A stretch of DNA of 64,000 nt from Alphaproteobacteria bacterium. Lineage in GTDB: Bacteria; Pseudomonadota; Alphaproteobacteria; JAUXUR01. The position numbers and the translations under genes are program-made. The first letter of the stretch is position 1. Every line of letters starts with the position of its first letter. The stretch covers positions 5,304 through 69,303 of the forward strand of contig JAUXUR010000079.1 in NCBI GenBank assembly GCA_030680745.1, given 5' to 3'. The notes beneath the pieces are model-generated. The model was not told where the DNA came from and searched no databases. It saw only the letters and a program-made list of their open reading frames with translations. Below are positions 8,661 through 17,829 of the stretch, piece after piece.

Positions 8661-9809
8661 ATGACGGAAATTATCATCTTGTTAAATTTAAAAAAAATTA
8701 AATCCTTAGTGGCAATAAGCTTATCAATATTAAGTTTTAATGCATCTTCTGAAATTATTGACATTTCAATCGATAAGATAAGTGAATTAAGAGCTTATTA
8801 TGAAGCTCTTAATCCTCAGGAATCTGCGATTTTTGTTGATTTTGATGAAACAATTGCAAGGTCAGTTGGTATTTTTGCTGGAACAGAATATCAATTTTTA
8901 GGGTCACCTGATATTTTGAGAACATATAGAGAAACGACACAAGATGTTCTTTTGGTAGATAATTTACGTGATGTAGATTTTTTTAGAAAGCAAGACAAGC
9001 TTTTTATTAAAAAAGTACTTTTAGAAGGCGAAGACACTAAAATTATTATTCAAGAATTAATAGATCAATCAGCATATATTTCTGTTTTATCAGCACTTCA
9101 ATGCGATTTTAAAAAGAAAATCTTTCTTTCAGAGCATTGGGGTACATTTTTGTGCGCAAATAAAGGAAATGTACAGTTAAAACTGCCCTATGCTTATGCA
9201 AATGATAAAGCAGAGCGTGCGTTAGATCTAGTTATAGAAAAATTTAATGCTGAACATCCTATTAAAAATATTGTGCTTATTGATAATAGCTATGAATTTT
9301 CTTTACAAAAATTCAAAGATAATATTGTAAAATATATAAATGAAGAAATAGAAAAAAATATAGAAAATGCTTGGTTGAAAGATGTTAATATTGTCATTAT
9401 TCACTATAAATATTTTGGGAACGCGTTAACGCCAGAAAAGCTAAAACTTGAATATGATGATTTTCAAGAAAAACTTTCTAAAGCTACATCTATGCGTTCA
9501 AATGTAACGCATTCTATGCCCAATTTATTAGATTGCTTAGATAGTAGTAAGAAAGAAGAGAATGCTTTCCGTATGTCAGTGACACCATCTTTTTCTTCAA
9601 GCAATCTTTTATGTGTTGTTAAAGAGGATATTATATCATCTTTTAATAGCCCAATTATTGATGAAGCACGTCTTGGATCGTCTTGCGAGGATGAGGCATT
9701 AGATTGTTTTTTTGACAATCTAGAATTAAAGAAAAAATCTTTGCGTTGTTCATCTGACGTTGTTGAAATTGTAGATCTTCGATCTTCACAAGAAGAGACT
9801 TCATATTAA
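8661..9809 (+). CDS. Secreted hypothetical protein with a HAD-superfamily motif I (FVDFDETIA)
   Basis: N-terminal hydrophobic signal-like segment; the DxDxT motif; AT-rich composition. Confidence 0.45.
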   Translation: MTEIIILLNLKKIKSLVAISLSILSFNASSEIIDISIDKISELRAYYEALNPQESAIFVDFDETIARSVGIFAGTEYQFLGSPDILRTYRETTQDVLLVDNLRDVDFFRKQDKLFIKKVLLEGEDTKIIIQELIDQSAYISVLSALQCDFKKKIFLSEHWGTFLCANKGNVQLKLPYAYANDKAERALDLVIEKFNAEHPIKNIVLIDNSYEFSLQKFKDNIVKYINEEIEKNIENAWLKDVNIVIIHYKYFGNALTPEKLKLEYDDFQEKLSKATSMRSNVTHSMPNLLDCLDSSKKEENAFRMSVTPSFSSSNLLCVVKEDIISSFNSPIIDEARLGSSCEDEALDCFFDNLELKKKSLRCSSDVVEIVDLRSSQEETSY

Positions 9810-9887
9810 GGTAGTTTATTAAGAAATGAAGGGGCCTACTTATCAGGCATAGGTAATTATGTGCCCCTTGAAGGTCATAGTTTCTTT

Positions 9888-10313
9888 CTAATTAACATCT
9901 TGTTTTGTTATATTTATACTTAATGTAATTTTGGTTGAATTATCTAAAGCTTTTTGTAGGTTTAAATCACTTGAAGTTTGATTAATAATGTCAGATTGTT
10001 CATCAAAACTATAATTTGAAAATTGTTTATTTTCATAAATTTTTAAATTTATTGGTACAAAAGTACAATCAGGAAAGGGCCAATTTGTTTTTAATTTTTT
10101 ATTATTATTTAATTGAGTAGTTATTTCTTCTTTTAATGAATGGTCATTATTTATGTTAAATTTTAGATTTTTTGAAATTTGTGAGTTTTTAAGTGCAGGA
10201 AAGGCGCCAGGATTTGATCCAGAAACGACAATGGAGTCAATTTTTAATATAAGTGCTGAAATTTGGTGTGGACAGATTATTGCAATTAAAACAAGGGCGC
10301 TGAAAAATTTCAT
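9888..10313 (-). CDS. Small secreted hypothetical protein
   Basis: N-terminal signal peptide MKFFSALVLIAIICPHQISA; no known motifs. Confidence 0.4.
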   Translation of the reverse strand: MKFFSALVLIAIICPHQISALILKIDSIVVSGSNPGAFPALKNSQISKNLKFNINNDHSLKEEITTQLNNNKKLKTNWPFPDCTFVPINLKIYENKQFSNYSFDEQSDIINQTSSDLNLQKALDNSTKITLSINITKQDVN

Positions 10314-10533
10314 AATTTGAGCCTTTTCTATTGTTTAAGTTTAATAAAGAATCGATATGTTTAAAATTTAAAATATCGCGTTTATTTATAAAAAACAAAC
10401 TGTTTTCTTGGTAAGTCTAGCAATCTTTTATGTAATATATATTGACATTTTTGTGTAATTTCTTTAAATTAACCTTATATTAATTTTTATTTTTTATTAT
10501 TGAATTGTAACGTTTTTTATTATGGAGTTTAAA

Positions 10534-12315
10534 ATGAGAAAAAGCTCATTATTTGTAATTTTTATGACTATGTTTGTTTTGTTGGGGTTTCAAATTCAAA
10601 CTTATGCAAACCATATCCCAACGGAAGAAAGACTTTTTGATTTATTTCCTTCTAAATTTACGCAAGAAGAATTAGATAGATTGCGTGATCAAAAACCTGT
10701 TTTGCGTGGTGATCTTCTTTATTCTATGGATGAAGGTGAAGCTAAAAAATTAGCTGCTAATTATCCAAGTTTAACCTTATATGGATTTGCTGATCGTGTT
10801 GAAAAACAATCATCTTTTCTCAAAGATTCTGATTATAATGCGCGTGCTTTATATGGTGTTAAAAGTTCCTATTTAAGTTATTTTGGTGTTAACGAAGATT
10901 TTTACGTTAAAGTTGAGCGCATTATTGATACTTATTCGTCACTTTTGGATAAAAACCTTGATCAAAGTAGCAATGCAAGTCTTATTTTGATTAGAGATTT
11001 TGACGATGACTTTATTCAACAAACGGCTAAATACCATCCCGAGCGTTTAATGAATAATTTAGCGAGATTGATTATTGTTCTAGGTGCTCTTGAAGGCAAT
11101 ATTTTTCAAGGAACGGTTCAAGATTTATTTGAAACAGGTAAAAAATTATTGCTACCGTATATTGCGCAAAAAATTGTCGAAAATGTTCGTATGGATCAAG
11201 ACAATTTATTGTCTCTAGAGAATATCATGATTGTTGCAAATGCTTTAAAAGAAGATATTTTTCAAAAAATTGGTATTGACCGTTCATTAATTCCACAATT
11301 ACAGATTGTTCAACAATTTTTGATGGAAAATAATTTGTTGGGACGTATTTCAGATATGTCATTGCTTGAACGTTATGAACTTAATGATCCGAGTCTTGTT
11401 AAAATTGATTTGTTTTCCGAGTTTCAAAATTTACATCATTCTGGTGTGGCAAACATAATTCTTTCTTTATTTCCAGATCGTTTTACGCAAGCTGAGCTTG
11501 ATCTTTTGAAAAATCAACAGCCAGTATTTAAAGGTGATCTTGTTTATTCGTTGGATAAAGATAATGTAGATAAATTATACGCAAATTATCCTAATGGATT
11601 TCAATTTGTTACTCGTTCAGGATTTCCAGAACGTGTTGTGAAAAGTGGCAATGTTATAATTGAGTCGGATTACGTTGTTTATGCAAATTATATTGTTAAA
11701 AGTGCGTATGCAGGGAGACTGGATGGTTCTATAGGCTTTAATGTTAAAGTTGAACGCATTATAGATGCTAATATTCCTCTTTTAGGATTTTCAACAACGG
11801 GTGAAGATTTAGATAATCAGAAAGCGACGGCCCTTGTGCAGATCAAAGAATTAGATCGTAATTTTGTGCGTGGCGATAAACTTGTTAAAGGTAATGGATA
11901 TGATAAACGCTTGAATGGCAATTTGGCTAAATTTTTACTTGTTCTTCGAAAATTTGATGGTGAGGTTTTTGATGGTTCTTATGATCAAACGATTCTTTAT
12001 GGTCAGACTTTATTAAGGCAATATATTTTTGATAAAATCAAAAAAGATGTTGCAGTTGATGAAGATGTATTGATGGATGAAAATGTATTGATGGATGAAG
12101 AAGATTTTTATGTTATTGCTGATTCATTAAAACAAGCAATTTATCAGAAAATTGGTATTGATCCTGCAATGATTCCTTCAATGGTAGATTATGCTGTCAA
12201 TTTCTTGGATAAATTGGGAGATGATTGGTTGACAGGTATTGCTGATAAATCTTTGTCAGAGCGCTATGCTCATAACGATCCTGCGTTACTAAAGATTAAA
12301 TTGTTGCGCAATTAA
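10534..12315 (+). CDS. Secreted protein with an internal two-fold ~290-aa duplication
   Basis: SD GGAG before the ATG at 10534; signal peptide. The N-half motif FDLFPSKFTQEELDRLRDQKPVLRGDLLYSMD aligns with the C-half LSLFPDRFTQAELDLLKNQQPVFKGDLVYSLD. The pairs ...NVRMDQDNL / ...VAVDEDVL and ...RYELNDPSLVKIDL / RYAHNDPALLKIKL also align. Confidence 0.55.
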   Translation: MRKSSLFVIFMTMFVLLGFQIQTYANHIPTEERLFDLFPSKFTQEELDRLRDQKPVLRGDLLYSMDEGEAKKLAANYPSLTLYGFADRVEKQSSFLKDSDYNARALYGVKSSYLSYFGVNEDFYVKVERIIDTYSSLLDKNLDQSSNASLILIRDFDDDFIQQTAKYHPERLMNNLARLIIVLGALEGNIFQGTVQDLFETGKKLLLPYIAQKIVENVRMDQDNLLSLENIMIVANALKEDIFQKIGIDRSLIPQLQIVQQFLMENNLLGRISDMSLLERYELNDPSLVKIDLFSEFQNLHHSGVANIILSLFPDRFTQAELDLLKNQQPVFKGDLVYSLDKDNVDKLYANYPNGFQFVTRSGFPERVVKSGNVIIESDYVVYANYIVKSAYAGRLDGSIGFNVKVERIIDANIPLLGFSTTGEDLDNQKATALVQIKELDRNFVRGDKLVKGNGYDKRLNGNLAKFLLVLRKFDGEVFDGSYDQTILYGQTLLRQYIFDKIKKDVAVDEDVLMDENVLMDEEDFYVIADSLKQAIYQKIGIDPAMIPSMVDYAVNFLDKLGDDWLTGIADKSLSERYAHNDPALLKIKLLRN

Positions 12316-12396
12316 TCTTAGGAACGTTACAAAATCTTTTGTGGAAACTGGAAAATAAGGTATAAAAGAATATCTTATGAATGAGAGAGTTTTCAA

Positions 12397-13917
12397 ATGT
12401 CACGCCAAAAGCTTTATGTAACGTCCCCACTTTATTACGTCAATGATAATCCACATATTGGGCATGCTTATACCAATTTAGCATGTGATGTTTGGGCTCG
12501 TTTTATGCGCCTTGATGGACATGATGTTTTTTTCTTAACAGGCACAGATGAGCATGGTCAAAAGGTTGAAAAATCAGCAGAACTCGCGGGGCTAAGTCCC
12601 AAAGATTTTGTGGATGAAAAATCACAAAGTTTTCGGGATCTTTTTAAAGCATTTGATTTTTCGAATAATGATTTTATCCGTACAACAGAACCAAGACACA
12701 CAAAAGCAGTTCAACATATCTGGAATTTGTTGCTGGAACGTGATCAAATATATTTATCAAGCTATTCTGGTTGGTATGCTATTCGTGATGAAGCTTTTTA
12801 TAACGAATCCGAATTGATTGATGGGAAGGCCCCTACAGGGGCACCTGTAGAATGGGTTGAAGAACCTTGCTATTTCTTTAGATTATCCGCGTGGCAGGAT
12901 AGACTTCTTGAATTTTATGAAAAACACCCAGATTTTATGCACCCTAGGTCGCGTGGCAATGAAGTTTTATCTTTTGTACGTGGTGGATTAAAAGATCTAG
13001 CAGTTTCGCGTACGACCTTTAAATGGGGCATTCCTGTACCGAATGATCCAACGCATGTCATGTATGTTTGGTTTGATGCGTTAACCAATTATATTACAGC
13101 TTTGGGCTATCCAAACGCCGATTGGCAACAAGATTTTTGGGCCAATGCACATCACGTGATGGGTAAAGATATTCTTAGATTTCATGCTGTGTATTGGCCT
13201 GCATTTTTGATGGCAGCTGATCTTATGCCACCCAAACAAATTGTTGCCCATGGTTGGTGGACAAATGAAGGTGAGAAGATATCTAAATCCTTAGGAAATG
13301 TGATCAATCCTTTTGATTTAATTGAAAAATATGGTTTGGACCAAACACGTTATTTTTTAATGCGTGAAGTGTCCTTTGGGAATGATGGGAATTTTAGTCA
13401 TCAAGCTGTCGTTAAGCGGATGAATTCAGAGCTCGCCAATGATTTAGGGAACTTGGTACAACGTGTTTTGGTGCAAGTGTCAAAAAATTGTGCACAAAAA
13501 GTGCCTGAAAAGGAGACATTATTGTCTCAAGATTCGGTACTCATTGAAAAAGCTTATAAAACTTTGGAGCATGTTAGACATGAATTTTGGCATTGGGGCT
13601 TTCATAAAGCCTTAGATCAAATTTGGGAAGTGATTGGCGATGCAAATCGTTATATTGATGAACAAGCACCTTGGGGATTGAAAAAAACAGATCTTAAGCG
13701 TATGGAAACTGTTCTTTATACATTATGCGAGACTATTCGTGTCGTTGGTTTGTTAGTCCAACCTTTTATACCTAAAACAGCAAACCAAATATTAGATCTT
13801 GTTGGTGTAAAATCTGAATATAGAGATTTTGCACATATATTAAGTGCGCTTGTTTCAGGTGTTGATTTGCCTCAACCGAATGTGTTGTTTCCAAGATTTG
13901 TAGAGGAGGCAGCATGA
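12397..13917 (+). CDS. metG: Methionyl-tRNA synthetase, short form
   Basis: HIGH motif (NPHIGHAYT), KMSKS-type KISKSLGN, and anticodon-binding region. Confidence 0.9.
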   Translation: MSRQKLYVTSPLYYVNDNPHIGHAYTNLACDVWARFMRLDGHDVFFLTGTDEHGQKVEKSAELAGLSPKDFVDEKSQSFRDLFKAFDFSNNDFIRTTEPRHTKAVQHIWNLLLERDQIYLSSYSGWYAIRDEAFYNESELIDGKAPTGAPVEWVEEPCYFFRLSAWQDRLLEFYEKHPDFMHPRSRGNEVLSFVRGGLKDLAVSRTTFKWGIPVPNDPTHVMYVWFDALTNYITALGYPNADWQQDFWANAHHVMGKDILRFHAVYWPAFLMAADLMPPKQIVAHGWWTNEGEKISKSLGNVINPFDLIEKYGLDQTRYFLMREVSFGNDGNFSHQAVVKRMNSELANDLGNLVQRVLVQVSKNCAQKVPEKETLLSQDSVLIEKAYKTLEHVRHEFWHWGFHKALDQIWEVIGDANRYIDEQAPWGLKKTDLKRMETVLYTLCETIRVVGLLVQPFIPKTANQILDLVGVKSEYRDFAHILSALVSGVDLPQPNVLFPRFVEEAA

Positions 13918-14702
13918 GTGTACTTCAGTTTGTCGATAGCCATTGTCATTTAGATTATGACGAATTCCAAGCAGAGTTTGATGCGATCATAGAGCGTGCA
14001 CAAAATGTTGGTGTGACGCATATGACAACAATCGGTACGTCGCTGAAGACTTTTCCCAATACGCTGAAGATCGCAGAAAGATTACCTTTTATATATGCAA
14101 CCATAGGCATACATCCACATGATGCTGAAAAAGAAAAAGATGCGACTTACGAAGATTTGGCTGAGGGTGCTAAACATCCAAAAGTAATCGGTATTGGAGA
14201 AACTGGGCTTGATTATTTTTATGAGCATAGTCCAAAAGAATTGCAGCAACAGCTTTTTAGACTTCATATTAAAGTCGCGCGTGATTTTGGTTTGCCGTTA
14301 ATTGTGCACACACGTGACGCAGATGATGATTGCTTGCGGATATTACAAGAAGAAATGGCAATAGGTACGTTTAAAGGTCTTATACATTGTTTTACAGCAA
14401 GTAAAGAATTTGCAGACGAAGTGCTTAAATTAGGGTTTTATATTTCAATTTCAGGCATTGCAACGTTTAAAAAAGCATTGGAATTACGCGAAATTGTTAA
14501 AAATTTACCCTTGGAACGGTTGCTTATTGAAACAGATTCTCCATATCTTGCGCCCATTCCACATCGTGGTAAACGGAACGAGCCTTCTTTTGTTGTGCAT
14601 GTTGCAGAAGCGATTGCCGAACTAAAAGATTGTGCGCTTTCTAAAGTAGCAGAGCAGACGACTAAAAATTATTTTGATCTGTTTCAGAAGATTCCTAGAT
14701 GA
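13914..14702 (+). CDS. tatD: TatD-family metal-dependent DNase/hydrolase
   Basis: DSHCHLD motif; 4-bp overlap with metG; conserved metG-tatD synteny. Confidence 0.85.
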   Translation: MSVLQFVDSHCHLDYDEFQAEFDAIIERAQNVGVTHMTTIGTSLKTFPNTLKIAERLPFIYATIGIHPHDAEKEKDATYEDLAEGAKHPKVIGIGETGLDYFYEHSPKELQQQLFRLHIKVARDFGLPLIVHTRDADDDCLRILQEEMAIGTFKGLIHCFTASKEFADEVLKLGFYISISGIATFKKALELREIVKNLPLERLLIETDSPYLAPIPHRGKRNEPSFVVHVAEAIAELKDCALSKVAEQTTKNYFDLFQKIPR

Positions 14703-15463
14703 AGATTACTATTTTAGGCTGCGGTGGATCGATGGGCGTGCCCATTATTGGCAATCATTGGGGGCAATGTGATCCCACTGATCCTAAAAACTATCGAACG
14801 CGTGCTTCTATTATTGTTGAAAAAGAGGGGCAGCGGCTTTTAATTGATTCCTCGCCTGATTTGCGCACACAATTATTGCGTGAAAATATAGGCACTTTTG
14901 ATGCGGTTTTATATACACATGCCCACGCTGACCATATTCATGGACTCAATGATTTACGTGCTATTTGCAGGAACAGATCACAACCTTTAGATATTTATGC
15001 TGACCCAAAAGCGCTGAAAGAAATTATGGAGTCATTCGCATATGCTTTTACGCCTAATTTTATTGAAGGAATGTTTTTTAAGCCTGTACTTATCCCGCAT
15101 GAAATAATTGGAAATTTTAGTCATGGTATATTCGATATTATCCCTATTGATCAAGATCATGGCTATACATCATCCTTAGGTTTTCGCATTGATGATTTTG
15201 CGTATTCTACCGATGTGATGCGTTTGGATGAAGAAGCATTAAAGCAATTGGAAGGCATCAAAATTTGGGTTGTTGATTGCATTCGCATGAGTGAGCACCC
15301 AACGCATGCATCGTTAGATGTAGCACTTTCTTGGATTGAGCGTATAAAGCCAGAGCATGCTTATTTAACGCATATGAGTGAAGAACTTGATTATAATGCT
15401 CTTTCACAGATTTTGCCTAAAAATGTAGCGCCATGTTATGACGGACTTGTTGTTTTTCTTTAA
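14699..15463 (+). CDS. MBL-fold metallo-hydrolase
   Basis: HAHADHIHGL metallo-beta-lactamase motif; 4-bp overlap with tatD. Confidence 0.8.
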   Translation: MKITILGCGGSMGVPIIGNHWGQCDPTDPKNYRTRASIIVEKEGQRLLIDSSPDLRTQLLRENIGTFDAVLYTHAHADHIHGLNDLRAICRNRSQPLDIYADPKALKEIMESFAYAFTPNFIEGMFFKPVLIPHEIIGNFSHGIFDIIPIDQDHGYTSSLGFRIDDFAYSTDVMRLDEEALKQLEGIKIWVVDCIRMSEHPTHASLDVALSWIERIKPEHAYLTHMSEELDYNALSQILPKNVAPCYDGLVVFL

Positions 15464-15612
15464 TTTTATTCACATTTAAGGACATTGTTATTATTCTCAA
15501 TAAAAAAGCATAATTTATTTTAAATTATTATTATATTTTGTTGACATGTTATTCTGCAAAGAATAAAGATTATGTAAATTTAAATGATAAACTGGAGTCT
15601 GATGTGTTTAAA

Positions 15613-16497
15613 AAATATTTTTTTTGTACTTTTTCTTTTCTTACGATTGTGTCATCTGCTGATGCTATGTATCAAGAGCTAAAACCTAATCCTTTAGAAT
15701 CTTCTTCTTCATCTTTAGTTAACGAGAGGAAAATAAATTTTGTTCATGGGCTTTCTGAGTTTACAACACCAAAAATGTCTTCTTCAAGCTTGGCGTTCTT
15801 TAAAAAGCATGGTTGCTTGGCAGTATCGGAATTGAATAAGCCTGAAAATGTTGAGATATTCGGTTCTTATGCAGTTGATATTCAATCTGCTTTAGGAAGC
15901 ACTAAATCGAATTTAAATGTTCTTTTAGGACAAAATATAGAAACAAAGAATTTCTACGCATTTAAGCACATTAATGATCCCAGCCGTGAAATCAATGGAT
16001 TGGAAAAATTAAATAGATTTTACGAAATAATAAAAATAAATGGACACAATTATATTGCAATTGACTTAATTGATGGGGTCCCTATCACAAATTTTTTAAA
16101 AATAAGAGAAAAATGCACACCAGAAATCGTTGATTTACTAGTTAAAAATCTTCTTCTTTCGTTGAAAGAGCTATATACAAAAAAGATATGGCATGAAGAC
16201 CTAAATCCAGACAACATTATGATAGATGTTCGCAATTGGAGTGTTTCTTTTATTGATTTTGATTCTATATCAATAGATTTGGAGGATAATTTTTCTAGTA
16301 AATATAGTTTTTATAAGCAATATAGTATTGAAATTCCAAGGTATATTAATTACCTTTATTCAGAAGTGGGCTATTACATATCAACATTAAGACAGAAAAA
16401 TATTACAGCTGAAAGATTGTTATACATTGAGAATTGTCTTAAGGATATTTCTTTTGATCAATTGGGAACAAGTTGTTTTGATGATTACTTACAATAG
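15613..16497 (+). CDS. Secreted protein-kinase-like (PKL) fold protein. The ORF is open from 15538; the GTG at 15613 with an SD gives a signal peptide.
   Basis: Catalytic-loop-like WHEDLNPDNIMID followed by FIDFD (HxDxxxxN plus DFD). A GGAG sits 6 nt before the GTG. The N-terminus reads (M)FKKYFFCTFSFLTIVSSADA. Confidence 0.5.
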   Translation, partial: KYFFCTFSFLTIVSSADAMYQELKPNPLESSSSSLVNERKINFVHGLSEFTTPKMSSSSLAFFKKHGCLAVSELNKPENVEIFGSYAVDIQSALGSTKSNLNVLLGQNIETKNFYAFKHINDPSREINGLEKLNRFYEIIKINGHNYIAIDLIDGVPITNFLKIREKCTPEIVDLLVKNLLLSLKELYTKKIWHEDLNPDNIMIDVRNWSVSFIDFDSISIDLEDNFSSKYSFYKQYSIEIPRYINYLYSEVGYYISTLRQKNITAERLLYIENCLKDISFDQLGTSCFDDYLQ

Positions 16498-16605
16498 GTT
16501 TATGGTAACTTATTGAGTTTATACAAAAATATTAGCTGATTATGTAAGTAATGTTGATTTTAATATCGTGTTATTAAATCTAATATAAATAATATGTAAC
16601 ATTAT

Positions 16606-17829
16606 TTGGGGAAGCGTTTGGGTATTAAAATTCTAATCGTTGATAATCAGCCGAAGGTATATCAAGGGCTTAAAAGGGTGTTATGGACACAAAAGCCAGA
16701 TTGGGATTTGTTTTATGCAGAAAATGGTCAAAAGGCACTTGAATTAATTGATGAACAGAAATTTGACGTTATTGTTTCAGATATAAAAATGCCAGTGATG
16801 AATGGTTCTGAATTATTGAACCATGTATATACGAAACATCCAGATATTATTCGCATTGTTTTGTCAGGTCAATGCGACCAAGATTCCGCTTTTAAACTTG
16901 TTTCGACAACGCATTTATTTTTAGCAAAGCCATGTGATCATAAAACTTTTACTGATTTTATTGAACGTGCAATGAAAAATAAATTGATATTAAATAATCC
17001 TGATATCATTAAAATAATAAATGGCATACAAAATATCCCGTCTATGCCGTATACTTATTTAAAATTAAATCATATATTAGAACAAAAAAATGTGAATGTT
17101 AATACAATAGTTGATATTATTTCGAATGATGTAGCGCTTGCAGCTAAAATCCTTCAAATGGTGAATTCTGCATTTTTTAGTTTGAATTGGCGTGTCACAA
17201 ATTTGAATCAAGCGATTCATGTACTTGGCATTGATACACTTAAAATGCTTGTTTTGTCTTACGGATTGATTCAAAAATTTGAAGTGAAGCAAATAGGTAA
17301 GTTTTCAACAGATATTTTATGGCAAGAAAATATAAATGTTGCTTTTCTTGCTAAAGAATTAGCTATTAAATCCAATGAATCAGAAGATATTGTTGAAGAA
17401 GTTTTTGTTTCAAGCTTACTTTTAAAAATTGGCATTTTGCTTTTAGCTCAAAATTATTATTTAAAATTTGAAGAAGCTTTAAAATTAGCCATTGAAACAT
17501 CTTCTATTTTGATTGATGTTGAAAAGGATCTTTACGCTTGTTCACATGCAGAAATCGGTGCTTATTTGCTTTCAATATGGGGCTTGCCGAGTGAAATTGT
17601 AGAAACTGTTGCTTTACATATGAATCCACGATGTGAAGATTCTAAAACTTCTAACATATTGAAATATGCACATTACGCCTCATCTTTTATCGGCGCATCT
17701 TCGAAACTTATACCAAATCCGCATGCGCAACTTAAGACTGATTTTATTGAATTTATGAAAATTGAAAAAAAAATTAATGATTTTGATGTATTGAGCACAG
17801 ATTTTTTAAAAAATAAAATGGTTGCTTAA
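16606..17829 (+). CDS. Response regulator with a receiver domain and an HDOD domain
   Basis: REC motifs (ILIVDNQ...DVIVSDIKMPVMNG...K) and a C-terminal HDOD-like region; TTG start. Confidence 0.7.
   Translation: MGKRLGIKILIVDNQPKVYQGLKRVLWTQKPDWDLFYAENGQKALELIDEQKFDVIVSDIKMPVMNGSELLNHVYTKHPDIIRIVLSGQCDQDSAFKLVSTTHLFLAKPCDHKTFTDFIERAMKNKLILNNPDIIKIINGIQNIPSMPYTYLKLNHILEQKNVNVNTIVDIISNDVALAAKILQMVNSAFFSLNWRVTNLNQAIHVLGIDTLKMLVLSYGLIQKFEVKQIGKFSTDILWQENINVAFLAKELAIKSNESEDIVEEVFVSSLLLKIGILLLAQNYYLKFEEALKLAIETSSILIDVEKDLYACSHAEIGAYLLSIWGLPSEIVETVALHMNPRCEDSKTSNILKYAHYASSFIGASSKLIPNPHAQLKTDFIEFMKIEKKINDFDVLSTDFLKNKMVA

Noticed and set aside
12608-12817. + ORF 12608..12817 inside metG, and - ORF 14082..14267 inside tatD
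   Set aside because: They are alternative-frame or antisense ORFs within conserved genes.
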